Assembly: GCA_002633005.1 (NCBI GenBank)
Contig: NMRA01000122.1
Span: 790,518-854,517 of the forward strand
Direction of reading: 5' to 3'
Source: Phoronis australis
Lineage: Eukaryota > Animalia > Phoronida
DNA: 64,000 nt
Position numbers and translations under genes: made by a program. Below, piece after piece: positions 14,601 through 29,600 of this stretch. Position 1 is the stretch's first letter. Every line of letters begins with the position of its first letter. The notes under the pieces are model-generated. The model was not told where the DNA came from. It saw nothing but the letters and a program-made list of their open reading frames with translations, and searched no databases.

Positions 14601-17600
14601 ACCAGGACATTCACACAAGTCTAAATGAATACTGCCAAACTACAGTGAACTTTCTCGGATGAAGTTCAACACTTCAAATACAAGAGCAACGCGGAGCGTT
14701 GAAATGCGCCCACAATTGCACCGCATACGGTATCCTTCTAGGGTTGTTTATTGGTACCATAAAGTGGCCAGTAGAGGGCATACTTTGCAAAATGGAAAGG
14801 CATGGTCATTGTCTCCTCAATAGGCTAGGGGCAAAATGTGAGTAATCTTCATAATACAAGCACATCCTATACACCAGTTGCTTAAAGCACCACAGAAACA
14901 TAGAATTAAAAACAAATTTACCAACATACGAGATTAGCACAGCATTAGAATGCCAGAAACAAATTTCTACTTGGAACTTTTCCTTCACAGTCACGAAGTA
15001 ACACAAAGTATACACCTGAAGACCTATGAAAATACAGAGGTCAATGTAAAATACTAAAATTGCCACTAGACGCAAATACTAAAATTGCCACTAGAGGCAT
15101 ACCGGTAATCAGAATCATCCTAAAGTCGTCATCGTCCGTTGTCAACATCACATAAATACACTTGCTAAATTTAGTAAAGATCCTGCAAACGGTTTGGGAG
15201 ATACAGCCATGGGCGCAAAAAAACAAAACTGCCACTAGGAGGCGCCACAGTAGTCCAAATCGTCTGAAAATCATTGTCAGCTGTCTTCCTTATAGTAAGC
15301 ACATACACGCCAATTTTCACAATCATCCTTTGAGCGGTTTGGTTGATAGAGGGGTGGACGCAAAAATACAGACTCGAAAACAGTAAAAATGGCCACTAGG
15401 TGGCGCAAACTACGTCGAATCCATCTGAAAACAGTAGGATAGCGTCATCTCACTAATAGGTGCCTACATACCAAATTTCATGAAAATCCGTTCAGGACTT
15501 TTGAAGATACAAAGGTAAGCGTAAAAAACTAAAATTGCCACTAGGGGGCACACCGGTAGTCGGATCCGTCCGAAAGTTCGCACATGCCGTCCCATTCATG
15601 AATGGAACATATGTGCCAAATTTCATGAACGTATGTCAAAGGGTTTTGGAGATAGAGCAGCGGACGCCGGACGGACGCCGCCCGGACGGACGGACGGACG
15701 GACAGAGATGACGGCATAATGCGTCCACATATAAATATGTGGGCGCATAAAAAGTACTATTGGCTGATTCTTCTATTGTACTACCTGTTCAAAAACCTTC
15801 GAGGAACTTGAATATGAAATCAATGTTTTTTCTCATCAACAATCATGACAACACCATTTCGACAACTACAGTAAAAATTCTCCAATATGGAACAAAAAAT
15901 GCTAAAACTGTCATTTTTCTATTTTGCAGATTTTGACCACATTGTTGCAAATGCTCAAAATTTTATACAAAATGTTTGGTGACACCTTCGCTTTACAAAT
16001 TTAACCAAGTTAAAAGCAAAGTAAATTTTTCTGAAGTCACTTTTGTTGAGAAAATTGACAACGTGAAACATCACCTATCCATCAAATAGAGTCCCAAACT
16101 GGCAAATTCTTACTGTGTGTATTAATTGATGAATTCAACTTACTGTTTATCATAAATTGACTGTCAGTCCTTATTTCTATACTTTGATATCCTTGGTCTT
16201 TTGCCTGCTGCACAGCTTTACATGCAGCCTACAACATCAGTGCCTTAAATTGTGATATCATAGTTTCAACAACAGTATCAATGGTAAAATATTACTAATT
16301 TCCAACAAAGTAGTTGTCAAAATTGCCTTTTTTCATTTTCATGGGATTCTAAGATTGCAGTGAATGTCCACAATTTTTTAAAAATATTGTCTGGTGGTGG
16401 CTATGGTACAGAACACCTGGTAGAGTCTTGCCCAGCTTTTTATAGGCTAAGGCGCCACCTACTGGATGGCACTGTTACATGCCTACGACACATACTGCAT
16501 GGCAATGAATGCAAACATCTGTCCGCTTTCTTAAAGCAGACAAAAAGACTTGAAAACTTCCTTCACGAAGAGCTTATTGATCCAAAGCGAGGCTCTCGTG
16601 TTTTAGCTCAGGTGTTTAATGCAATGGGCCCAACCATGAGGTCTACGCACGTCTGATGCAAACCAAAGGACATCAAACCACATGCACTCTTTTTTTGTGG
16701 CACAGAACTTGAACATGGCAAAGCATAAATTTGGTGCTAAATATGCTTTAAGGAAAATGAGAAAATGAAATTTCACTAGTCAGCCATATTGTGTACTAGG
16801 GTTATGATACCATATCAAAAGTGTTTTGTGATAACAGCTGATAACATTTGCGTTTTGCCTACTGCACAGCTTTGTAAGCAACCAGGACAAAAAAGGAGGT
16901 GAAACTAATTATATCACCCTTGTACCATTGGTATCATTTGTGCATAGTGATTAAACTAAATTGTCTTAAGATGGCTACACAGCTTTGCAAGCAGCCAACA
17001 ATATCCAAGGTTTGAAAATAATCATGTCATATTTGATGTAAACACACTGAAACAAAAGATCCCTAGTTAAACAAAATATAAACAGGTGGGAGCATAAAAA
17101 CCCTTTGTGAAGACCAAAACTGCCAGTAACGGGTGCTGAAACAGTCATGACCAGCAATGAACAAATGAAAAAATCAATTCCCATAACTTCACTTCTAACC
17201 AAAAACTGTCCAAATTTTAATCATTGTTGAACTTCTTAATCTGAAGAACTTCATTTACTCGAGATGGAAAAGAAAATAATACATAACATCAAAGCTGTAC
17301 TGTATCAGCACTTACATGAATTTCTGCACGATTATTTGTTTGTCGTCCCTGAAGTGGTTCACTGACATTTCTGAAAAACAAATAAAACATCTTGACAAAA
17401 TTCAAAGCAGGTAGGCATCAATTAAAATAGAAGTCTCTCTTCTTTCAAAGAACGTACGAACTGCTTTAGCACATAGAAAACTTAAGTTTCAGCTTTTGCA
17501 AATACCGTATTCGCTGTAATAACCGCCCATGCCCCCATAAGCGCACCCCACGCATTTTCAGACTTTGCTAAAATAAGCGCCCAGTCCATGAAAGTGTACG

Positions 17601-20600
17601 TGACTGTGAAAAATGCCTTACCTACAGTCCTAAGATTCTACAGTAACGTCTTCAATTTATCAATAATGTCCAACAGTCCTGAAAAAAATCATTGTGCGCA
17701 GAATTTGTAGACCACGAGCCTCGCTGCTATGTCGGTATTTAGCTGTAACTATACACTTCAAACTTCCGTCATGCCTCGAAACGAACACAGAAGTTTTGCT
17801 GATCTTGCGAGGACCAATGGTCTGGCCTTTCAGAACACACGTAGTGTACTTGTCTATGGGTCCGGATTTCTTTGTAGATATTTCCCGCTTTCAACAGAAA
17901 TCCAAATTTCTTTGTACACGTGAAAACCGCAAATCAAAGACTATTAAAAAGCTTGGCCAGTGTTAAAAGCACGTGGCAAGGAACCGCGCGCTACATACAT
18001 GAATCTGTCATCAAAGACATTAGTCAGGAACTATTCATTCAGGAAACGGGTCACATAGCATCGGCAAGAAATGAATATTGGCACTAATTTCCGACAGTTT
18101 CTAAAACTATAAAAAATGTTTGCATTATTTTTAAGATGAATTAACCATAATTTGGTGTTTTTAAGCCAAATATCCGATAAAACGACCACTGACAATGAAT
18201 GCTTACACACCCTTACATCGAAAAAAAAACTGTCAGATAATTACTTGTGCATCCAGTCACACCGGGACTAATATAGGCCTTACCAAGATAAATGTCGAAC
18301 GTTTTTAGCACGAGACATGCAAGTGCTGAATGAAACACGCTCTGGTTTAGGCCTACTGCTTGTGCAAATTTCTTTACATACAATGCACATCTAGCTCGTT
18401 AGATTGCGTGGCTCTGGCCAAAAGACGGTCTCTGCTCTGGCAAATGAACTCTGGTGACACACACGTGCTGGTTTACTCACAAATGCAGACGAACTTCAAA
18501 ACAATGGTCACGTGACAACATGTGTGTTCGTCCAGACATTTTTCTCATGTTGCCGATCATACATCTAGATGGCACGATGTAGCACAGATTTGTTCTTAAA
18601 CCTGCCATTAATCCCGATTCCACAGGAACTTAAAAATCTTAGGGACGCTACTTGGAAAACTTGAGGATTTCAGGTAATTTGCTCGAGTCAAAACTGTATT
18701 TTTATACAAGAATTCAAGTTGCCATATCGACGATTGCGAGGCAGTCAGTCGGCTAGTATTCGCCCTCAGATTTCAGCACAATTTTCTGTAAAATGATCGT
18801 AATTTAGCAGCAGAGTTTGATAGCAATGCACCATGGTTTTGTAGAAAGTCTTTTATAGATTACAGATACGTCTCAAAGCGTAAATATGATGAATCTTCGC
18901 TTCCGATTTCACCCGTTTCAGAGACCGGGTTTCAACGGCCTTGGGTTATAATAAGCGCCCTGGGCGGTTATTACGGCGAATACGGTAGCCATTAACTTAA
19001 AATTTGGTGACTCACAAAGAGAAGTCCAGTTGTTTAGCTTAAAATGGATTTTTATAACTTCCAGGGTTAGTCAAAATAGAAACTATATACAAACTGATAT
19101 AACAAGAAACAAAAAACTTACAGTGGATGGCGAGGACCCCAGAAAACACCGATTCCAGCAACAGCACCGCGCTGACCATTGTTGTAGCAACAACCATCAG
19201 TGTAGACAACAGGACAGTCACTCTCGTCTTGATAGACACAATTTATATACAATTAGCAAATGACAAATTTCGATGAAGAGATGACATTCCACCATTGCAT
19301 ATGAACAAAATAGATACCTAAACTTTACCAACAATGATTGCTCTACGTATTTAGCCAAATATCTATTAAACTATAGACATCAACTCTGGCAGTAAAAGTA
19401 TGTATTTACAAAACTATAGACATCAACTCTGGCAGTAAAAGTATGTATTTATAAAACTATAGACATCAACTCTGACAGTAAAAGTATGTATTTACAAAAA
19501 TAGGAAAAGCAGTAGAATTTGATTTTTGACTTTTTATCATGAATCTTTTATTGGGTCACATGACCATGTCTTTTTAGTAAAATTTAGCAAAAAAGAAAGG
19601 TAAACTGGTAGCAAAACAACAGTACAGTTTATGTTTGACTAAATTTTATTTGATATAAATGTACACGGTGAGACCTCAAAACACTGTTACAGTTTTTGAA
19701 AATGTTTCGTTTTCATTTTATGCAACTTTCAATTTCTTTTCATGAAGATCACAAGAAGTCCCGTTTTTGATAGCCTCTCATGCAACAGTGGACTATTTTA
19801 ATAACAATTCCTAACAGGGACTTGGAGAACAATGCATAAAGCATAGTACACATTTCTGTAACAGCTAACTAGGTCTGAACATAGTATATTCACCAATTAA
19901 TTTAATATCCATTTGAATATGGAATAGCACGCGAGGTGAATGGGGTGACCTGGATATCACGAGGTGAAGGGGGGTGACTTGGATCAGAGTGTATGCTCAA
20001 AAAGTATTTCACCAATGATGGGGTAAAGTACTCTTACACTGCAACAAGATTAAAGTAATTTAACTAGTGCTAATTGAATCATGTTGCCAACCTCTACCAC
20101 ACATTTAGTTAAATTCACATACAGGCAGTCGGCGATGCTTGGTTACTTGGATAATTCTGCATACCCGTCAACTACGAAGTCTGCATATTCAGTTTATTTG
20201 GCACACCACGATTGTCAGGAAAATATAGTCAATTCATTTTCTGTGAAACAAGAGAATGGTCATAGGTGTCCAGTGTATTCTGACTGGTACCTGATCTGAG
20301 CACTTAGAGACATTGTTGTCTTGTATGAAGTCACTATTCTTACCTGTCTGGCTATTTTCTACAATTTGAGATAATTGCTTAACCTTTCCATTAAGACAGC
20401 CAGCAGTCTGTTTGCTTTGTTTAAGTTTCTTCGCAGCACTGGGATTGTTGGGCTGGCTATTGTGGATATTTCTTGACTGGCTGGTTAGTGCAGATGCATG
20501 TCTTTTAAGACTACCAAAACTTGTTTGAATGTTATCCCCAACACTACTCAGTGGGGGAGCATGAGACCGATCGCCCCATGATCTGTTTGTGAAATGGTTT

Positions 20601-23600
20601 CCAGAAACTGCATATGCTGCACAGTAGGACTGAACATGTGTCTGGAGTTCTCTGTGTTCTGAAATACAAGTATGCACAAGAATAAAGTTCAGAGTGACAA
20701 CTTCATCATGGTGGATTTCACGTTACAGGAATCCATATTTGTTAGCTTAAAATAATTTATAGAGTCCTTTGAAACAGCTTGAATACCTACTAAAATTTTA
20801 TGCATATTACACTCTGCCAGAAACATTATTGCGTTTGGAAATTCAGGTTATTTGTAGAAATGACAGCATATGTCTACAAAACAATTCATAGTTCATAACA
20901 AATTAAGACAATTCTTTAACTGACAAGTAACCGTTTTGTTACAGCTGTTTCAATAGAACCTGTATTGGAAGATGGAAGACACATTATTTCTTGCAGGCTA
21001 CTCAAATATTTCTTTGCATTATTAGCCAAACCCAACACAAATTATTTTTTATTACTTTGGAATGCAACCACCTCTGCTTTTTAAACATTATGCTTGGTCA
21101 GCTACACCAATCGTCTCTGAATTAGCACAGGTCTTGCCAACCAAAACATGAACTTCTACATGAACAACCACAGTCAAACACTACTATACTTTAAATACAC
21201 TTCAGGTATGTAATTACGGTAATACAGCTTTGGGATGTACTTTCAATATCACTGGACATACAACCATACAGAATGATCTAGAAATACAGATACTGGTATT
21301 CAGTTCCTTTATCATCAAAAAATATCAGCTTCTCCATAATGATAAACTGCCACAGTGGTGTTTAGACGATAAATATTCGACCTGAGAGCAGTTGGGACAT
21401 TATGATGACAAGCCCAGTCAACCTATTGTGTGGTTTCTACACAATCACTAACACTGAGCCCAGTCCAGTTAACGTATTGTGTAGCCACACAATCACTAAC
21501 ACTGAGCCATGTCCAGTCTCCATTCAGAAATTAACATGCTAATTGTTTGATCTATTCAGATCTCAACCAGTACGGATAATTCAGACTAACCAGTTGAGAA
21601 CCAGACAATAGTGTAGGACATGGTCATTTTTTGGCTAAAAATTGTATTTTTGAGATTATTGTAGAATTTACAAAAGTAAAGATTAAGACAATTCTAGTCT
21701 CAAAATTTATCCACAATTCTAGTCTATTATTAGTGTGCTTTCTACCGTATAGATGTCATAAAGCAATATTCTGAGATTAGTTCCACTATCTGTCACACAG
21801 TTATCAACCTTTGAACATGGTACTTATTTTTGAGATATTAAACAAGTGATAAATTACTGCATTTGCTTTGAACAGAGCTGAATAACAATAAACTCCGTTG
21901 TAATTACGCATCGCCAATTTTCACCGCTGTCTGCTGACATCAAGACCGATGACTAAAAATACACTTTTAAAATATATTGCCACTTATCGAGTATGATTTA
22001 GCTCGTCAGCAGAGCATCAGACTGCAACCACAAAAGTTCCAGCTTTCCAGGTTCAATTTCACACTGGGGCTGATCTCAAAGTCTTATGGTCGATGATGTC
22101 ATTTTAAAGGTGGAGGCAACCTTTTTTTCATGTCACTTTTAGCACAAATAAGGTTTGTTGATTATCCCAGGCACATTTTTCACTTAATTACAGCTTTTCG
22201 TAATTGGATTAATTTCTCGTCCTCTACTCCGGAAGTGACGTTTTGGGAGGCAAGAGTTTCGCACCAATTTCTTTTCATTATAGTCTGACTGTGAGAGCTG
22301 TCGAGTCAGTCATTGTTCTACCTCAGTTGTGATAAGTTCAATCGTCGTTTGCATTTGTTTACAAGTCAGTCAACATGCCACGATGTAACTGCGTGCCGGG
22401 ATGTACTCATTATCGTCTCACACGCGCTTTGCCTGGGTACCTTGTGTCGCTTCGCCGTACTTGGCTAGCTCGTTCATGTGAAGGACGCAGCGCTACCCGT
22501 CCAGGCAACATACAAAGCAATGGAAGGTTACCGAGTATGGCAAGCATTTTCTGCCGTCAGATTACGACAGAGATATGTACACTGAATTGATGAAGGTCCC
22601 TGCGAAACAACGCCTGAAGAAGGGTACCATACCGTCACTGTTGATTCCCGGCAATGCCCCGTCGCCAACCCCGAGAAGTGTGTTTTGAAGCGAGAAGCCT
22701 CGCGAGCTGTGGCCACTATATACAGCGACTGGAGGCACTTTATCTACTGTCACCCGTGCCTCCGAACGTACCCTATTGCGTGCAATTCTGGGAACTAGCA
22801 GTAATTCACCCTGTGCTGTTGTCTCTAGTCCAGAGCCTGTAAGCAGCCCTGCAGCGATGTTGAGTAGTGGGAGTGAATACAGGCCCAGTTCAACACCCAG
22901 TGAAGAGGACAGTTCGTCATCCAGTGAACAGATCGGTGAGCCTAGGTTTGATAAGTTTATTGTGGACTTGTATTGGAGCTATTTAGAAGGTGCCAGGTGT
23001 GTGGCGAGGGGGTCACATGGCGGGATGTAAGCAGTTTGGGTGCTCAGATCACCCTCTAGTGGTAGTGACACTCGGGCAAGTGGGACAGTTCTTCCTCAGT
23101 ACGCAGCAACAGCGTGGTATGTTGACTGACTCGTAAGCAAAAGCAAACGACGACCGAACTCATCACAATCGAGGTAGAATAATGACTGACTCGACTGCTC
23201 TCATAGTCAGACTATATGAAAAGAAGTTGGCGCGAAATTCTTGCCTCCCAAAACGTCAATTCCGGAGTAGACGAGAAATTACTTAAATTACGAAAAGCAG
23301 TAAATAAGTGAAAAATATGTCTGGGATAATCAACGAACCTTATTTTTGCTAAAAATGACATGAAAAAAAGGTTGCCTTCGCCTTTAATGCTTGAAAATTT
23401 GGGTATCCCTTCGCATTAGTCAGTCAGATTTTGCAATATTCGGATGAAATATCGCGGTCTGGAAAGAAGCAATTCATGCCAGTTTTACTTTTTAAGTAGT
23501 TATCTTGAAAAACTGTCAGACATGTACTCATTTACACCTTTGACGAACTCGTGAGCTTCCTGAAGTGTGGCAAACTTTTTGTGCCGAGCACCTGGAAACT

Positions 23601-26600
23601 TCTTAACTTCCTTCTCACATTCAGCCCTACAAAAGAAACAGACAGATTTGAGGACAAAACATGCATTAAACTAGTCTTCCATTTATGTAAGATATCCTGA
23701 TTATCTAATTACAATATCACGACAATATCAATCTCTGCTTGCACGCTAGGTACCCACAGACTTCAGTGAGCGTCTTGTTTTTTATCACAAAGACCAGAAA
23801 ACAATGACAACCCTATTAATAGCTAAATGACGGCCACAACTTAATTTAGTTGTTCTCATTTCCAGCAGAGTAGTTTTGAGTCGCGTATAAATTCTCAAGC
23901 CCTTGTTTCTGGAGCTGAGTGCATGTTCGAGTCATCTGTTAAACAATGTAACATGCACTCCACAATTCAAGTGTGGGAACTTATGCGCGTGCACCAATCC
24001 AAAAGAGAACAGTGACAGTCCTACCTAAAATAGTGTACCAGTTTGGCTCTGTTAAGCACCCAGGTCTTTGTTAGGAGCTTAGACCCTTTGTGGTTATAAC
24101 ACACCCGTTGCTTTAAAATTTGATATTCCCCGGGCTCCATGCTCCTGAGAACCAATATTCTCCTGTTTCGATATGTTTTCCCGGCTCATGGTCTCCATAA
24201 CCCGAGATGTTTCATGCCCATAGTCAGCTTTTGCAATGAAATGGGTACACATAAAATTGTGGTCCACAAAATGTTTTCTCTTCATTCACCCCCTCCCCCG
24301 ACAACTTTCACTCCTCGGGTTGTCAGTCGACCACGTTGTAGATTTCTTAGAAGAGATTGGAAAGCGGGCCAATTAGAAACAATGGTAGGTGGTAACGATA
24401 TCGATATAGTCATACAGTTTGCCATAAAAAATATTGCATAACATAATCTTATTATTACAGTCTTTCAAATTTCTTAGTAAAGCAAAAACTCAATTTTAAT
24501 GACCATGCTCACGTATGCGCCTAATGCATAAGCGTTCACTGCTCTACTAAGCGTCTTGCTTAACTTTTGATAGTGTTCCAATAAGCGGCCACAGCTCAGT
24601 CTAGCGCCCACCCATTATTTACATTTAGACTGAATTGATTCTCAAAACTGTAAGCTGCGTTTCAAGTGCTGAACCATATCAGTTTCAAGTCGCAGTGTGT
24701 TACGTTTGCAGTCATGCTGTGACCATCTCCTGCAGTGCATTAAAAACCAATGCATGGTTTGAAATTGACACTTACGCAGTCAATACTTAGTCAAACTCTC
24801 ATTTTACGCAACAACAGATTCATTTTTCAAAAGATCACTTCTTTCTCAATGTTTAGAAGCCAAGTTCTGGCTGTGTTTTGGGTCTCCAAAGGAGAAGCAA
24901 CATGCATGACAGGGTCACATGTTGTTTTTTGGCTGACCTATTTTTCCTGTATGTGGAACATTTTCCATTTCAAGGAAGCAAACTCAGATCGCACGATAAT
25001 GGAAACCCACAAGGAATTACAATTATTTTGAGGCTTTTCATTTCATGGATAACTAATTATAGTATATAAAAACAGCATAAGTCACACAAATTATTTGTTG
25101 TGAAATTTTCACTGAATTGTTCCCGGGCATCAACAGGCCATTTGGAAAGGGCAACGTTTCACGGATTATTTCGGTTTGATGTTTTTCAATCGTTGGCATT
25201 GCAAAATATGGACTGCGATCAAATGGATGTTGTTTGCATCTTTGCACTTATAACGACTTTGACGATAATCCTATAGCAGGTCAGTCCTAGAAAAGTCGGT
25301 AGTATTTTTTCAACGAATATGTTGTTCTATTTCAAGTTGCATACTTAGCTACTTGAAAGTACGGGTCGGTTAGAGAGCATTGGTTCAACTTTCACATCAG
25401 CAACTAGCCTTGTTGCAAATTCCTTGAACTCGAAATCACGAAAGAATGTAGACTACTATAGAACAGTATATCTAAAATTAAAACCCTTATGGAACCTCGG
25501 GAAGCATGACATTGCAACATGGGTCTCCGGTGCATTTCAGTGACGATTGAGAACAATAGTAATGCCGTACACTTAGTACATGCATGTAATACAGACTACT
25601 ATAGAACAGTATATCTAAAATTAAAACCCTTATGCAACCTCGGGAAGCATGACATTGCAACATGGGTCTCCGGTGCATTTCAATGACGATTGAGAACAAT
25701 TGTAATGCCGTACACTTAGTACATGCATGTAATACATTAATTATGTCGAATTTGAATCATGTCCAAAGCAGGTCACTCCAGTTGACTTTTTTGAATAACC
25801 GAAGAATTTATTGCAGAGTAATTCAATACAGTCCTTGGTCACCAACCTTCATGTGTTACCTGCTAATAAAGAAAAGTTAAGAACTTTACACGATTGCTAA
25901 GACTCAAGTCTTTAACAAACTTTTGCACGCTTTTCCAGTGGCCTAGTTACGTGATCTCGATTGAAATAGAAAAGTTCAAAATAATGCACCAGCTTCAGAC
26001 AAAATAAAAGCGAAGGCATTGCTTTTCTTTATATTTTTCGAGTTGAATGGGATAGCAATAACACTACTTGTAATTCTTTGATTAAAATTAAGTTGCCAAC
26101 AATAAAAGTTGGGAAAATAAAATCTCTGTGCTTGTATTGTCACGTGCATTTGTTCCACTGATGAATAAGTTATAGTCTAGTAGACTGACACTAGAAGAAC
26201 GCAGCAAGATCGGTTAAACCTGCCGCAAAGTTCTAGTCCTTGAAAAGCTGTAATGTTGTGTTATTTTATTGCCAATTTTCAACCACAATACAGTCCATCT
26301 GTCATTTTTGTTTACTACGGTTTGGCTTCAGTAGTTTTTAGCCAATTCTGGTGCATTTTGTAACCATATTTTTCAAGTGACCCACATTCGACACAATTTC
26401 CACCGCCTGTGTAATATTCGCAGAAATCAATCGAACTATGAGTATATTCGTAAAGAATATAAGATTTTCTACAAAATCAGTACAAATTGAATGTTTAAAT
26501 TGCTAGAATAAACATAATTGCACTAAAAAAATTTTGTTGCACTCAGTCACTCGAATTCCGACGTAACGTCAATTTTGCAACTTAAAATTTTGGAGTAGTT

Positions 26601-29600
26601 AATGCCGTAGGTCTAGGCATAGTCTAAACATTTTTGATGACCTAAAAATCAAGTTTAGCACGAAAAAAAGGTGGAAAATTCTTGCGTCGAGGAATTTTTT
26701 AATGAAAGTTGGCGTGGTAGCAATTAAACTGCGACCAGCCAATTTTCATTGCATCGAGGGCACTAGTCAGATATAATGGACCCTGACTTAGAGAACCAGT
26801 TTCATCCACACCCGTTATTCAGTGATCGCCTGGCTCTCTAAATCAGGGTCCATTAATTATATCAGACTAGCGCTGACGTGTTGCTAGCCACAACAAGAGG
26901 CAGCAGCTTGGTACTGGTTGGATATGGCAGCCACTGACTGAGAACCAGGTAATCACTGAATAACGGACCTGTTATTCAGTGGATGAAACAGAAGCGTGTT
27001 TAATAGAGTGAGCACCCGTGAGCGATTTGAGCGCCCTCGTCCTGAACAGCTGTGTTCACGTTAGCGCTCGCTCGCGCTTGCGAACAACCTCGAGAGCATG
27101 TTCGCTTAGATTTCCAAGATGGCGTCCTGCGAAGGCTTCACGTCTGTAACATATGAACCCATTATGGTTCTGCAACACGAAAACTAACCTCAAAAGTTGA
27201 CCGACTCCTCCAAAACTGCCACTTTAATTCATACATGTCAGAATGTTTAGTTGTACCCAGCTAATCCCAACTTATCTCAACTTATCCTGTCATCACCACT
27301 GATGCAAGCCTGTTGCTGACATGTTTGTTATCAAACTGCCCCTGCAGGTAGCGCAGTGATTAGTGGGAATAGTTGAATTAGTTGATATGCGTGATCCGTG
27401 TCTCTAACATTGAGCTTGTGGATGACATCATGTAAGTTAGCCCCCTGTCCACAGGTGACGCACTGATTAGTAGGAATCGTTGAATTAGTTGAATCCAACT
27501 AATCCCAAGTGAACTCAACCTATTCAGCACTGAGCTATTCAACTAATTCAACCAATTGTAGCGCCATCTAAAGTATCACTGACAATGTGAGACAGAAAGA
27601 CCCGAGTCACTGACTTGCCTGCAGGTGGCGCAACAATTAGTGGGAATAGTTGAATTAGTTGAAATGCTTGTTTGGAGTCTCTAAAATCGTGATCCTGATG
27701 ATGACGTTATGTACGTTATCTACCTGCCCACAGGTGGCGCAGCCATTAGTAGTATTTGAATTAGTTGAAATGCATTTTCTACTTGATCTACCTAACCGTG
27801 TTTCCATGTTCTGTGTCTGTCAAGTTGAGAGCCTTTTGCTGATGTCATGATTGTTATCAGTCTGTTCCTGTAGGTGGCGCAACGATTAGTGGGAATAGTT
27901 GAATTAGTTGAAATGCATGTTCTGTATCTGTCAAGTTGAGAGCCTTTTGCTGATGTCATGGTTGTTATCAGTCTGTTCCTGTAGGTGGCGCAACGATTAG
28001 TGGGAATAGTTGAAATGCGTGTTCTGTGTCTGATGAGCCTTTTGCCAACGCCATGTGCTTTATCTGTCTGCCTGCAGGTGGCATAGCGATTAGTGGGAAT
28101 AGTTGAATTAGTTGAAATGTGGGTTCTGCGTTTCTCAAGCTGTGAGCCTGTAGCTGACATAATGTTTGTTATCAGACTATCCCTGCAGGTGGCGCAGCGA
28201 TTAGTGGGAATAGTTGAATAAGTTGAAATGCTTGTTCTGTGTCTCTCACTTTGTTAGCCTGGTGAGCCTTTTGCTAATGTCATGATTGTTATCAGTCTTT
28301 TCCTGTAGGTGGCACAGCGATTAGTGGGAATAGTTGAATTAGTTGAAATGCGTGTGTGGAGTCTCTAAAATGGTGACCCCATTGATTATGTCATGAACTT
28401 TATCTACCTGCTCTACTTGATCTACCTAATTTTATCTACCCGTTATTTAGTGGGTCATCCCCGTAGGTGGCGTTATAGCGATTAGTGGGAATAGTTGAAT
28501 TAGTTAAAATGTGGGGGAGTATTTGAATTAGTTGAAATCCGTTTTCTACTTGATCTACCTAACCGTGTTTCCATGTTCTGTGTCTGTCAAGTTGAGAGCC
28601 TGTAGCTGATGTCATGATTGTTATCAGCCTGTTCCTGTAGGTGGCGCAGCGATTAGTGGGAATAGTTGAAATGCGTGTTCTGTGTCTCTCACTTTGTGAG
28701 CCATTTCCTGGCGTTATGTACTTTTTCAATCTGCCTGTAGGTGGCGTAGCGATTAGTGGGAATAGTTGAATTAGTTGAAATGTGTGTTCTCTGTCTCTCA
28801 ATTTGTGGGCCTGTTGCTGACTTCATGTTTGCTATCAGGTGTGCCTGCAGGTGGCATAGCGATTAGTGGGAATAGTTGAATTAGTTGAACTGCGTGTTTG
28901 GAGTTTCTGAACTTGTGAGCCAGTTGATGATGTCATGTACGTTCTCTGTCCCTGCAGGTGGCGCAGTGATTAGTGGGAATAGTTGAATTACTTGGAATGC
29001 CTCTTCTGTGTCTCTTAAGTTGTGAGCCTTTTGCTAATGTCATGATTGTTATCAGTCTTTTCCTGTAGGTGGCACAGCGATTAGTGGGAATAGTTAAAAT
29101 GCGTGTGTGGAGTCTCTAAAATGGTGACCCCATTGATTATGTCATGAACTTTATCTACCTGCTCTACTTGATCTACCTAATTTTATCTACCCGTTATTTA
29201 GTGGGTCATCCCCGTAGGTGGCGTTATATGTCTACCTTCAGGTGGCATATTGATTAATGGAATAGTTGAATTAATTGAAATGCATGTTTGGAGTCTCTAA
29301 AATCGTGATCCTGATGATGACGTCATGTACGTTATCTACCTGCCCACAGGTGGCGCAGCCATTAGTAGGAGTATTTGAATTAGTTGAAATGCGTTTTCTA
29401 CTTGATCTACCTAACCGTATTTCTCAAGTTGTGAGTCGGTTGCTGACGTCATATAAATTACGAACCAGCCCCCAGATGGCGCGGTTATTAGCACGTATAG
29501 TTGAATTAGTTGAAATGCGTTTCTTGCGTCTCTAAAGTTGAGAACCTCTATCTGACGTCTTTATCTGTATGTGGCGTAGAGGTAGCTTGAAATATATGAA

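Noticed and set aside
27300-29545. CRISPR-like array
   Set aside because: The linkers between cores are homologous to each other rather than unique spacers, there are no cas genes, and the context is a eukaryotic intron.
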